Positions 38,008-46,831 of a DNA stretch of 64,000 nucleotides are shown here, piece by piece. The position numbers and the translations under genes were made by a program. The DNA is from Patescibacteria group bacterium (lineage in GTDB: Bacteria; Patescibacteriota; Microgenomatia; Levybacterales; UBA12049), in NCBI GenBank assembly GCA_038062115.1, contig JBBTXS010000004.1, positions 69,009 through 133,008 of the forward strand, given 5' to 3'. The stretch's first letter is position 1; every line of letters begins with the position of its first letter. The notes under the pieces are model-generated. The model did not search any database. It was given only the letters and a program-made list of their open reading frames with translations, and was not told the origin of the DNA.

Positions 38008-38208
38008 GTGATTATTGGTGCTGTTAAAGAGATTAAAGTTGGAGAAAACCGCGTGGGGATTACTCCATATGGCGTAAAAGCGCTTGTTGATGCCAACCAC
38101 ACTCTTCTTGTTGTAAAAGGAGTAAATACTATAAATGGAAAATGTACATATAAGGCTGTCGTTGAAACATTTAAACTTCTTTATACTCCTTTGGAGAAAG
38201 CCTTGTAG
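38008..38208 (+). pseudogene. remnant of an alanine dehydrogenase (or related AlaDH/PNT-family) gene, N-terminal ~40 codons only
   Basis: MIIGAVKEIKVGENRVGITPYGVKALVDANHTLLVVKG matches the AlaDH N-terminus pattern MIIGVPKEIK..E.RV.LTP.GV..L...GH.V.VE. It then diverges and stops at codon 67. Confidence 0.55.
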
Positions 38209-38269
38209 CCCACATGTGGTATCATAATAGAGTAAGTCTGTCACCGATTTATATCGCAGGAAAGATTTT

Positions 38270-39472
38270 ATGTTGATTGGTATTGACGGCAACGAGGCTA
38301 ATGTAGAAAAAAGAGTTGGGGTTGGAGAATACTCCTTTGAACTACTTCGGCAGCTCAAAGAATCTAGAATTCAGAATCTAGAATTCAGAATCTATTTAAA
38401 AAGAAAACCTCAAGATGATTTTCCAAAAGAATCCACAAACTGGCAATATCGAATTATCGGACCGCGCAAACTGTGGACGCAGATAGGATTACCATTTGAT
38501 TTGTATTTCCATAAACCAAAACCCGATGTGTTTTTTACACCCACCCATTATGCTCCACGCTTTTCTCCTATTTCAACTGTAATTTCAGTAATGGATTTAT
38601 CCTACATCCATTTTCCTGAGATGTTTAAACCTTCAGATTTGTATCAGCTTAAGAATTGGACGGGATATTCAGTGAGAAATGCAAAAAAGATCTTAACTAT
38701 CAGCAGAGCCAGTAAAGATGATATAATCAAATTGCATCAAGTGTTAGAAGAGAAGGTGGTAGTTACTTATCCAGGAATAAAAGTCAAAAGTCAAATGTCT
38801 CCGCCAAAGGCGGATCAGCCTCTGGCTGAAAAATCCAAAATGCAAAGTTCAAAAGTGCTTAAAGAAAAATATAAGATTGAAGGGGATTATATTTTGTTTG
38901 TGGGGACGCTGCAGCCGAGGAAGAATATTGTGAGGCTTATTGAAGCATTCTCAAGGATTATACACCCCCGAGGTGTGCGTGCCGTCGCAAACCACCTCGG
39001 GGGTGGCCGAATGGACTCCCCCGAGGTGAACTATTTGGTCATTGTTGGTAAAAAGGGATGGTTATACGGGGAGATATTTGAGGCTCCTAAGAAGTTTGGA
39101 GTAGAAGATAGAGTTAAGTTTTTAGATTTTGTTCCCGATGAAGATCTTCCTCTTTTTTATCAAAATGCTCTTTGCTTTGTTTTGCCAAGTCTATATGAAG
39201 GGTTTGGTTTGCCGGTTTTGGAAGCAATGCAATACGGCTGCCCTGTAATTACAAGTAATGTCAGTAGTCTTCCCGAGGCAGGAGGAGATGCGGCACTTTA
39301 TGTAAATCCGCTGGATGTTGAGGACATTAAAAAAAATTTAGAATTCATAATTCAGAGTTCAGAATTACGTAAAAAGCTTATCGAAAAAGGATATAAACAA
39401 GTTAAAAAGTTTAGTTGGGAGAAAACAGCGAGAGAAACTTTGAGCGTATTGGAGGACGTGGCGAGAACTTGA
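38270..39472 (+). CDS. glycosyltransferase family 4 carrying four in-frame repeat-derived segments
   Basis: [42 protein letters not shown]. Paralog of 47727 and 59477. Confidence 0.85.
   Translation: MLIGIDGNEANVEKRVGVGEYSFELLRQLKESRIQNLEFRIYLKRKPQDDFPKESTNWQYRIIGPRKLWTQIGLPFDLYFHKPKPDVFFTPTHYAPRFSPISTVISVMDLSYIHFPEMFKPSDLYQLKNWTGYSVRNAKKILTISRASKDDIIKLHQVLEEKVVVTYPGIKVKSQMSPPKADQPLAEKSKMQSSKVLKEKYKIEGDYILFVGTLQPRKNIVRLIEAFSRIIHPRGVRAVANHLGGGRMDSPEVNYLVIVGKKGWLYGEIFEAPKKFGVEDRVKFLDFVPDEDLPLFYQNALCFVLPSLYEGFGLPVLEAMQYGCPVITSNVSSLPEAGGDAALYVNPLDVEDIKKNLEFIIQSSELRKKLIEKGYKQVKKFSWEKTARETLSVLEDVART
38363..38390. repeat. 7-nt array TCTAGAA TTCAGAA x2 (perfect 14-mer x2), in-frame
   Basis: Read directly. 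Translates as [10 protein letters not shown]. Only this reading frame of the array lacks stops. Confidence 0.85.
38780..38857. repeat. 78-nt composite: AAAGTCA heptamers, twin GC hairpins TCCGCCaaaGGCGGA + TCAGCCtctGGCTGA, then AAAATSC-type heptamers; in-frame (26 codons)
   Basis: Read directly. Translates as [26 protein letters not shown] in the interdomain linker. Confidence 0.8.
38963..39031. repeat. GC-rich 69-nt element, copy E1, in-frame (23 codons)
   Basis: CCCCCGAGGTG (38965-38975) and an identical copy (39018-39028) are both perfectly complementary to CACCTCGGGGG (38993-39003). Translates as [23 protein letters not shown]. Confidence 0.8.
39337..39364. repeat. 7-nt array TTTAGAA TTCATAA TTCAGAG TTCAGAA, in-frame
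   Basis: Read directly. Translates as [11 protein letters not shown] near the C-terminus of the GT4. Confidence 0.75.
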
Positions 39473-39475
39473 ATT

Positions 39476-40042
39476 ATGAATAATGAATTAGAAATTAAGG
39501 TTAAAAACAGAATCAAGACAATTTTGCTGGAATTTGCAGTTATGAAATTGCATTTTGTTGGTTTTGTGCCTTCACATCATTTCCGTAGATTTTTCTATAG
39601 ATTAGCTGGAATAAAAATTGGTAAAGGATCAACACTCCATACAGGTACAAGATTTTATAATCCATCTAATATAGAAATTGGGCAAGATTCTATTATTGGT
39701 GAGGGAACTGTTTTAGATGGGAGAGATAAACTAATAATTGGCAATCATGTTGATATTGCCTCAGAAGTTATGATTTATAACTCCGAACACGATGTGCAAA
39801 GCGATGATTTTCGTGCAGTTACTGCACCGGTAATAATTGAAGACTATGTTTTTATCGGTCCTCGTGCAATCATTTTGCCAGGGGTTAAAATCGGTAAAGG
39901 AGCAGTAATTGGGGCTGGGGCTGTGGTTACAAAGGCTGTTAAGAGTTTCGCAATTGTTGGAGGTGTGCCTGCACAAAAGATTGGAGAAAGAAAGATTAAA
40001 GATCTTAAGTATAAATTAGGAAGAGCGGCGTGGTTTAGATAA
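39476..40042 (+). CDS. hexapeptide-repeat (LbH) sugar O-acetyltransferase, WcaF/maltose-acetyltransferase-like
   Basis: IGKGSTLHTGTRF..IGQDSIIGEGTVL..IGNHVDIASEV..IEDYVFIGPRAIILPGVKIGKGAVIGAGAVV hexapeptide repeats. Confidence 0.8.
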   Translation: MNNELEIKVKNRIKTILLEFAVMKLHFVGFVPSHHFRRFFYRLAGIKIGKGSTLHTGTRFYNPSNIEIGQDSIIGEGTVLDGRDKLIIGNHVDIASEVMIYNSEHDVQSDDFRAVTAPVIIEDYVFIGPRAIILPGVKIGKGAVIGAGAVVTKAVKSFAIVGGVPAQKIGERKIKDLKYKLGRAAWFR

Positions 40043-40046
40043 GGAT

Positions 40047-40141
40047 GATTGTTGGATTGCTCAATTGTTTCATTGTTACCTCACCCTAACCCTCTCCTAG
40101 AAGGAGAGGGAACAATTTAGCAATTTAACAATGTAGCAATT
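40047..40141. repeat. intergenic composite palindrome: 8-nt-periodic NATTGYTN arm, GC hairpin CCCTCTCCTagaAGGAGAGGG (40090-40110), inverted ARCAATKT arm
   Basis: Read directly. It fills the whole spacer between the acetyltransferase stop and the GT2 start codon. Confidence 0.8.
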
Positions 40142-41035
40142 ATGACATTTCTATCAATAGTTATTCTTTCCTATAACACAAAAGACTTAACGCTTTCTTG
40201 CTTGCAATCGTTGATAGAACAATACAGAAAGGAGTTAAAAAGTGGGACGGTTGAGATTATTGTTGTTGATAATGCGTCAACTGATGGCTCGGTAGAAAGT
40301 ATTAAGTATTATGTATTAAGTAGTAAGTATAAAGACGTTAGATTAAGGGTTATAGAAAATGACGAGAATTTGGGGTTTGCTAAGGGTTGTAATATAGGGG
40401 CAAAAAAATCAAAAGGGAAATATATTCTTTTTCTAAATTCGGATACACAAGTGCTAGACAAGGGTTTTTTGAAAATGATAGGGTTTTTAGATAGTAATCA
40501 AAAAGTTGGAATTTTGGGAGGAAGGCTTTTAAATCCAGACAATTCACCCCAACCATCTGCTGGAAAATTTTACAATCTTTTTAATTTATTTTTAATGCTT
40601 ATAGGTAGCGAAAGATTTGGATTACTCCGTAAAAGTCCCAAAAATATTGAAAGAGTTGATTGGGTAAGCGGAGCATGTTTGATGATAGGGAAAAGCGTAT
40701 TTGATCAACTAAAGGGATTTGATGAAAATTTCTTTATGTATATCGAAGATATGGAACTGTGCTTTAGAGCAAACAAACTTGGTTTTTTAACTTATTTTTA
40801 TCCAGATATCAAGATAATACATAAAGAACTTGGAAGTAGCAATCGGTCTTTTGCTATAATACACATCTATAAAGGGCTTTTGTATTTTTACTCCAAGCAC
40901 AAAGGTTACTTTCAATATATTATTGCCAAAGTAATGCTAGAAGTGAAAGCTAAAGTCGGAATTGTTGTCGGTTTCCTTATTGGCAATTCTTCCTTAAAGA
41001 AAACTTACATTGAGGCAATAAAATTTAAGATATGA
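40142..41035 (+). CDS. glycosyltransferase family 2
   Basis: LSIVILSYNTKDLT, VVDNASTDGS, LGFAKGCN, LFLNSDT, FFMYIEDMELCFR. Confidence 0.85.
   Translation: MTFLSIVILSYNTKDLTLSCLQSLIEQYRKELKSGTVEIIVVDNASTDGSVESIKYYVLSSKYKDVRLRVIENDENLGFAKGCNIGAKKSKGKYILFLNSDTQVLDKGFLKMIGFLDSNQKVGILGGRLLNPDNSPQPSAGKFYNLFNLFLMLIGSERFGLLRKSPKNIERVDWVSGACLMIGKSVFDQLKGFDENFFMYIEDMELCFRANKLGFLTYFYPDIKIIHKELGSSNRSFAIIHIYKGLLYFYSKHKGYFQYIIAKVMLEVKAKVGIVVGFLIGNSSLKKTYIEAIKFKI
40299..40333. repeat. 7-nt array GTATTAA GTATTAT GTATTAA GTAGTAA GTATAAA, in-frame
   Basis: Read directly. Translates as SIKYYVLSSKYK directly after the DNASTDGS motif. Confidence 0.85.
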
Positions 41036-44000
41036 AAATACTCAGATTTGTTTGGAACAACATTTTATTTTTTATCTCACTTTTTTTGCTTGTCTTTGTT
41101 CCTCTTTACCCAAAATTGCCAATTTTGGATGTACAAAATACGTGGGTTTATGTCCGAGTAGAAGACTTTATTATTACATTTGTAATTCTTATATGGATTG
41201 TTTTGTTTTTGTTTAAAAAAATAACGATCAATACTCCGTTAACCCTACCTATTCTATTATTTTGGATTACTGGCGGAGTATCTCTTCTTCATGCGGTTTT
41301 GGTTATTTTTCCGACCATTGCCAATGTGTTTCCTAATGTTGCATTTCTAAGTTTTTTGCGAAGAATAGAATATGTCTTTCTATTTTTTGTTGCATTTGCT
41401 GGAATGAGGGATAAACGACTCATATATTATATTATTTACGCACTGCCAATTATCCTTCTTGTTGTAGTTGGCTATGGTTTTGGTCAAAAATTCTTTGGAT
41501 TTCCAGCGTTTTTGACAATGAATGAAGAGTTTGCGAAAGGAGTACCAATTCAGCTTTCGCAGTTGTCCAGGGTTCCTTCTACGTTTGCCGGCCATTACGA
41601 TTTAGCAGCGTATTTGGTTTTACTGATTCCAATTCTTGTAAGTTTAGCATTTGGTTTTAAAAATTGGCTTATAAAGATTTTTTTGTTGGGAGTTTCTTCT
41701 TTAGGATTTGTTCTGCTTTTGGAGACGGTATCTCGAGTTTCATTCTCCGTTCTTTTACTTGCTTTGGTAATGCTGTTAATTTTTCAGAAAAAAAGATTGG
41801 TTATTATTTCTCTTTTTGTGCTGACAGTTATATTATTAATTTTATCTCCAAGTCTTTTGCAGCGTTTCGGAAGTACAGTTTCGGAAATTGATGTTTTGGT
41901 GGACGCAAAGACAGGAAGAGCAATAGGTCATGTTACAGAAGTTCCATCTTTGTACTTTGAGGATAAAATTGTTTTGAGAGATTTTGCTCAAAGTGAACAA
42001 AATCCAAAACTTGCCACATCCTCCGCAATTGTTCCAAAGCTTCTTATTCCATCGCCCGCTGTACTTGTTACAGAACCAAACGAGTCCACAGGCGAAAATC
42101 TGCCGCAAGGAACAAGCTATATAAATCTTCCGCTTTCTCCAGTTGTTAAAAAAGTTAATCAATATTTTTATCAAAAAGCAAAAGAAAACAATCCCGAGCA
42201 ATCAACAAAGATTTATATGCTGTATGGAGATTTTCTTATAAAAAAAGCCAAAGCTTACGATCTCTCTTTTACTACAAGATTTCAAGGAGAGTGGCCAAAA
42301 ACCATTACCGCGTTTATGAGAAATATTTTTTTAGGAAGTGGCTATGGGTCTGTTAGTCTTGCTGTTGACAATAATTATCTTAGAATTCTTGGAGAAACCG
42401 GGATTCTTGGGCTTGTTTCATTTCTTTCAATATTTATAGTTGCAGGAATATTCATTAAAAAAATATTACCAGTTGTTGCGTCCCCAGTTGTTAGAAGTTT
42501 TGTTTTAGGATTTGTTGCTGGAACATTTGGACTTTTTCTAAACGCCATCCTAATAGATGTTTTTGAGGCATCGAAGATCGCTTTTTCTTATTGGCTTTTG
42601 ATGGGGGTAACTCTTGGAATTCTAAACTTACACAAAAGTGTAAATGTAGATATTTATAAAGAATTTAAAAACTTGATAACTTCTACCTATGCGATTGTTA
42701 TTTATCTTTTTATTTTAACTATATCTTTATACTTCTCTCTCTCCAATTATTATTTTACAGGCGATGATTTTACATGGTTTAGATGGGTCTCTGATTGTTG
42801 TAATGGTCTTGCTAACAACGGAATTGTTGATTATTTTACCAACGCGAATGGATTTTTCTACAGGCCAGGTACAAAAGTGTATTTTTTTCTTATGCATTCG
42901 GCTTTTTGGCTTAACCAAACAATGTATCATTTGGTATCCCTAATTTTGCATTTTTCCGTTGCGGCTCTTTTGTTCTTGATCTTAAAAAGAATATTAAAGA
43001 ATTATTTTTTGTCTGCGGCAGCGGCTATTGTTTTTCTTATTTTAAGTGGGCATCATGAAGCAATTTTTTGGATTTCCGCAACAGGCTTTCTTTTTAATGC
43101 TTTTTTTGCCCTTTTGAGTCTTCTTTTCTTTATTTACTGGAAAGAGAATAAAAAAAATATATACCTTTTAATTGCTTTTGTTGCAGTTTTTTTAAGCCTG
43201 CTGTTTCACGAGCTGGGCGTTATAGCGCCTTTACTTATAATCCTTTATGATTCTGTTTTTGGGGAAAAATTCAGCCTAAGCAATTTATATAAAAAATCCT
43301 ATTATTATATTTTGATTTTTCCGATAATCCCTTATTTGATTTTACGCTTTATCGCAAAAAGCCATTGGTTTAGCGGAGATTATAGTTATAACATTTTTAA
43401 TCTTCCTTATAATTTTATTGGGAATACAATGGGTTATTTGGGACTTTCTGTTTTTGGGCCTTTGTTTTTAACAATATATAATAGCATCAGAAATTTTTCT
43501 AAAGGAAATTTAGGGATAGCATTATTAGCATCAATAGTAATAATTTTCGCAGCTTTCTTTCTATGGAAATGGCTTATGAAAGCTTTGACAAAGGATGATA
43601 GCAGGATTGTTGTTTTTGGAGTCCTGTTTTTTGCAATTTCCCTGTTACCGTTTTTGGGACTGGGAACAATAACTTCCCGCTATAGTTATCTTTCCTCGGT
43701 TGGACTTGCAATTCTTTTAGCATTTTTTATTAAAAAACTATATAAGTATTTGATATTGAGCAACGAGAAGTACATTGCTGTTTCGATAGTTACTATAATA
43801 GTAATAATATTTTTAGCTAATCAGGTTTTTCAATTACAAAAAATAAATTCAGATTGGAAAACAGCAGGCGAGAAATCTAAAAGATTTGTTGTATCTCTTG
43901 AAGAAATGTACGAAAGAGAATGGAAAAATGACTCTCTAAAATTTTATTTTGTTGATGTTCCCATACGCAATGGAGAAGCATGGATATTTCCAGTAGGGTT

Positions 44001-44187
44001 ACCAGATGCTGTGTGGCTGCTTTTTCGCAATAAAAATATTGATATTTACCAATTACGTTCGCTTAAAGAGGTGATAGGCTCTGTAAAAGATCCGCGGACA
44101 GAAAAGGTGTTTGAATTTGACGAACAGGGAGGGGTTGTTGAAAGAAAAAAAGCGCAAGATGGGAGTGTTATCCCCATAGATAAATGA
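41032..44187 (+). CDS. fusion protein: Wzy_C/O-antigen-ligase-like N-terminal half + GT-C (PMT/TMTC-like) C-terminal half
   Basis: 1051 aa. The N-half has VDNNYLRILGETGILGLVSF (Wzy_C signature region). The C-half has YFTGDDFTWFRW, HHEAIFWISA and FHELGVIAPLL, typical of PMT_2/DUF1736-type mannosyltransferase-like proteins. Confidence 0.55.
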   Translation: MKILRFVWNNILFFISLFLLVFVPLYPKLPILDVQNTWVYVRVEDFIITFVILIWIVLFLFKKITINTPLTLPILLFWITGGVSLLHAVLVIFPTIANVFPNVAFLSFLRRIEYVFLFFVAFAGMRDKRLIYYIIYALPIILLVVVGYGFGQKFFGFPAFLTMNEEFAKGVPIQLSQLSRVPSTFAGHYDLAAYLVLLIPILVSLAFGFKNWLIKIFLLGVSSLGFVLLLETVSRVSFSVLLLALVMLLIFQKKRLVIISLFVLTVILLILSPSLLQRFGSTVSEIDVLVDAKTGRAIGHVTEVPSLYFEDKIVLRDFAQSEQNPKLATSSAIVPKLLIPSPAVLVTEPNESTGENLPQGTSYINLPLSPVVKKVNQYFYQKAKENNPEQSTKIYMLYGDFLIKKAKAYDLSFTTRFQGEWPKTITAFMRNIFLGSGYGSVSLAVDNNYLRILGETGILGLVSFLSIFIVAGIFIKKILPVVASPVVRSFVLGFVAGTFGLFLNAILIDVFEASKIAFSYWLLMGVTLGILNLHKSVNVDIYKEFKNLITSTYAIVIYLFILTISLYFSLSNYYFTGDDFTWFRWVSDCCNGLANNGIVDYFTNANGFFYRPGTKVYFFLMHSAFWLNQTMYHLVSLILHFSVAALLFLILKRILKNYFLSAAAAIVFLILSGHHEAIFWISATGFLFNAFFALLSLLFFIYWKENKKNIYLLIAFVAVFLSLLFHELGVIAPLLIILYDSVFGEKFSLSNLYKKSYYYILIFPIIPYLILRFIAKSHWFSGDYSYNIFNLPYNFIGNTMGYLGLSVFGPLFLTIYNSIRNFSKGNLGIALLASIVIIFAAFFLWKWLMKALTKDDSRIVVFGVLFFAISLLPFLGLGTITSRYSYLSSVGLAILLAFFIKKLYKYLILSNEKYIAVSIVTIIVIIFLANQVFQLQKINSDWKTAGEKSKRFVVSLEEMYEREWKNDSLKFYFVDVPIRNGEAWIFPVGLPDAVWLLFRNKNIDIYQLRSLKEVIGSVKDPRTEKVFEFDEQGGVVERKKAQDGSVIPIDK

Positions 44188-45662
44188 AAAAGATTGAACT
44201 TTTGATATTATTGCTTATTTTAATTGGCGGTTTTTTGGTAAGGCTTTATAGATTTAATAATCCAATTGCAGATTGGCATTCTTGGCGACAGGCAGATACT
44301 TCGGCAGTTTCTAGAAATTTTGTTAAATTTGGGTACGATATCTTGTTTCCCCGCTTTGACGATCTGTCAAATGGCGTATCTCTTTTAGATAATCCTAAGG
44401 GGTATCGTTTTGTAGAGTTTCCTTTCTATAATATTTTGCAAGCTGGTTTTTATCAGATATTCAATCATTTTACAATAGAGCAATGGGGAAGGTTAGTCTC
44501 AATAATTTCTTCTTTAATTGCTGCTGTTTTTCTTTATTTATTGGTAAAAAAACATGTTTCAACACGTGCTGGTTTAATTGCAGCCTTTTTTTATACATTT
44601 GTTCCTTATAACATTTATTATGGAAGAGCCATTATTCCTGATTCATTAATGGTTATGAGTTTTCTTGCTGGTTTGTATTTTTTTGACCAATATCTTGATG
44701 AAAAGGTGAATATTAAGCAATACACTTATTACATCCTAGCAATATTTCTTGTTGCATTATCCCTTCTTATTAAGCCTTTTGTTTTGTTTTTCTTTTTAGC
44801 CTTTTTATATTTAGTATTTATGAAGTTTGGTTTGAAAGGCTTTAAGAAACCAGAGATATGGGTATTTTTTGTTCTAGCTTCTTTACCGTTTTTTCTCTGG
44901 AGAATGTGGATGGAAAACTTCCCAGAAGGAATTCCCAGAAATGATTGGTTATATAACTGGAACAGCATCCGTTTTAAAGGCTCATTTTACTGGTGGATTT
45001 TTGCCGAAAGAATTTCCAAGATGATTCTTGGGTATTGGGGTTTGCCTTTTGTTATTTTAGGAATACTTTTTAAACCAGGAAATCGCGAAAAGTTGCTATT
45101 CTTTACCTTTCTGATATCTTCGCTTATTTATGTTCACGTATTTGCAACCGGTAACGTTCAGCATGATTATTATCAAATTCTTATTACCCCAACTCTTGCT
45201 ATATTTTTTGCAAAAGGAGTTGATGGTGCATTAAAAGCTTCAGGAGAATATTTTAGCTTATGGACTACAAGAGCAGTTATAGTTATTAACATAGTCTTTA
45301 TGTTAATGTTTGGATGGTATGTGATTCGCGATTTTTACGGAGTTCAGCACCCCGCAATAATAGAAGCAGGCAAAGCAGTAGATGAGCTTACGCCAAAAAA
45401 TGCTAAAGTTATTGCGGTTTATAGCGGAGATACGACATTTTTATATCACACTAATCGTCAAGGATGGCCTGTGGTGGAAAGAAGTTTTAGGCAATTTGTA
45501 AATGTAGGGGCAACGCATATTGCATTTGCCAATCCAACAGAAGAAGAACTAAATCTTGCAACTTTATTCGAGCCATTAAAAATAACAGACACGTATGCTA
45601 TTTTTGACCTTAATAAGCCAACCGTCGAGGGCTTGAAGGAATTAAAGAAAAAAGAGAAATGA
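44184..45662 (+). CDS. GT-C glycosyltransferase, ArnT/family 39-like
   Basis: 492 aa, polytopic. The first-loop motif IADWHSWRQADTSAVSRNF is typical of ArnT-like enzymes. ATGA overlap with the upstream gene. Confidence 0.6.
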   Translation: MKKIELLILLLILIGGFLVRLYRFNNPIADWHSWRQADTSAVSRNFVKFGYDILFPRFDDLSNGVSLLDNPKGYRFVEFPFYNILQAGFYQIFNHFTIEQWGRLVSIISSLIAAVFLYLLVKKHVSTRAGLIAAFFYTFVPYNIYYGRAIIPDSLMVMSFLAGLYFFDQYLDEKVNIKQYTYYILAIFLVALSLLIKPFVLFFFLAFLYLVFMKFGLKGFKKPEIWVFFVLASLPFFLWRMWMENFPEGIPRNDWLYNWNSIRFKGSFYWWIFAERISKMILGYWGLPFVILGILFKPGNREKLLFFTFLISSLIYVHVFATGNVQHDYYQILITPTLAIFFAKGVDGALKASGEYFSLWTTRAVIVINIVFMLMFGWYVIRDFYGVQHPAIIEAGKAVDELTPKNAKVIAVYSGDTTFLYHTNRQGWPVVERSFRQFVNVGATHIAFANPTEEELNLATLFEPLKITDTYAIFDLNKPTVEGLKELKKKEK

Positions 45663-46831
45663 GAAAGATATTGTTTCTTACTTATGATTTTCCTTATCCC
45701 GCAAATACCGGGGGCAAGAACAGAGCGTTTAATCTCATAAAGCATGCTAACAAAAACGTAGAGATTCATTTGGCTTCTTTTGTAAGAGATGATTTTAGAA
45801 AAGAATATGAAAAAGAACTAAAAAAAGTAGGAGTTAAGACGATTACGATATTCAAAAGAAGAAAATTAAAAGACATTAGAAATATTAAATTTTTATTTTC
45901 TAAGTCTTCGATCTTTCGACTCCTGTATTATAGAAAAAGCGTTGAAGATTCTATTCTGGATATTGTGAGATCTTTGAAGATAAATGTTGTTCATTTTGAA
46001 TCCTACTACACTTCGTTTTACATTGGGAAAAAGATTAGAGATGTGGGGGCGAAGCAAATATTCGGCACAGAAAACATAGAGCATTTTTTATACAAAGACT
46101 ATGCAAAACACAGCAGTTGGTTGAAGCATTTTATTTTGGATCGCCAAATTAGAAAAATAGAAAATGAAGAGAAGGAATTCTTAAAACTTTCCGATAAAAA
46201 TATTGCTGTAACAGACGATGAGGCAAAGTTTATCCAAAGCATAACTGGTAAAAAATGTAGCATAATTCCAAATGGAGTTGATCTTGATGATTTTACATAT
46301 AATCATCCCTCCAAAAAACTCGCAAACACCCTTCTTTTTATAGGGAATTTTAGTTATTTTCCAAATATTGATGCGATAAATTATTTTTACAACAAAGTTT
46401 TCAAGAAATTGAATGAAAACATAAAACTTTTAATAATCGGAAAAAATGCAGAAAAACTGGATATGTCAAAAGACAGTAGAATTGAAACAATATCTTTTGT
46501 TGAAGACATCAAAGAAGCCTACAATAGAGCTGATATCATGGTGTTTCCAGTTAGGGTTGGAGGAGGAACTAATTTTAAGATACTTGAGGCAATGGCTTAT
46601 GGAATTCCAATAATTGCTGATCCTGCAAGAATCGATAGTTTTGGGGTTAAAGATGGACGCGAGATGTTTTTGGCGAAAACGCCTTTAGAATACGAACAAA
46701 AAATAGATTTACTGCTTAAGGATTTTAGCTTAAGAGAGAAGCTCTCAAAAAATGCTAGGAAACTTGTAGAAAAAGGTTATTCATGGAAACCAATTGGAGA
46801 CAACCTTAATGCTATATGGAAAAACATATGA
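45659..46831 (+). CDS. glycosyltransferase family 4
   Basis: ILFLTYDFPYPANTGGKNR, LFIGNFSYFPN, GGGTNFKILEAMAYGIPIIA. Confidence 0.8.
   Translation: MRKILFLTYDFPYPANTGGKNRAFNLIKHANKNVEIHLASFVRDDFRKEYEKELKKVGVKTITIFKRRKLKDIRNIKFLFSKSSIFRLLYYRKSVEDSILDIVRSLKINVVHFESYYTSFYIGKKIRDVGAKQIFGTENIEHFLYKDYAKHSSWLKHFILDRQIRKIENEEKEFLKLSDKNIAVTDDEAKFIQSITGKKCSIIPNGVDLDDFTYNHPSKKLANTLLFIGNFSYFPNIDAINYFYNKVFKKLNENIKLLIIGKNAEKLDMSKDSRIETISFVEDIKEAYNRADIMVFPVRVGGGTNFKILEAMAYGIPIIADPARIDSFGVKDGREMFLAKTPLEYEQKIDLLLKDFSLREKLSKNARKLVEKGYSWKPIGDNLNAIWKNI

Noticed and set aside
38008-38208. Treating the 66-aa ORF as a genuine small protein gene
   Set aside because: The first ~38 residues match the N-terminus of a ~370-aa enzyme family (alanine dehydrogenase-like) and the remainder is unrelated sequence ending prematurely. 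A gene remnant is the simpler explanation.
40101-40109. AAGGAGAGG as a Shine-Dalgarno sequence for GT2 40142
   Set aside because: It lies 32 nt upstream of the ATG and forms one arm of the repeat hairpin CCCTCTCCT/AGGAGAGGG. It is a repeat feature, not a positioned RBS.
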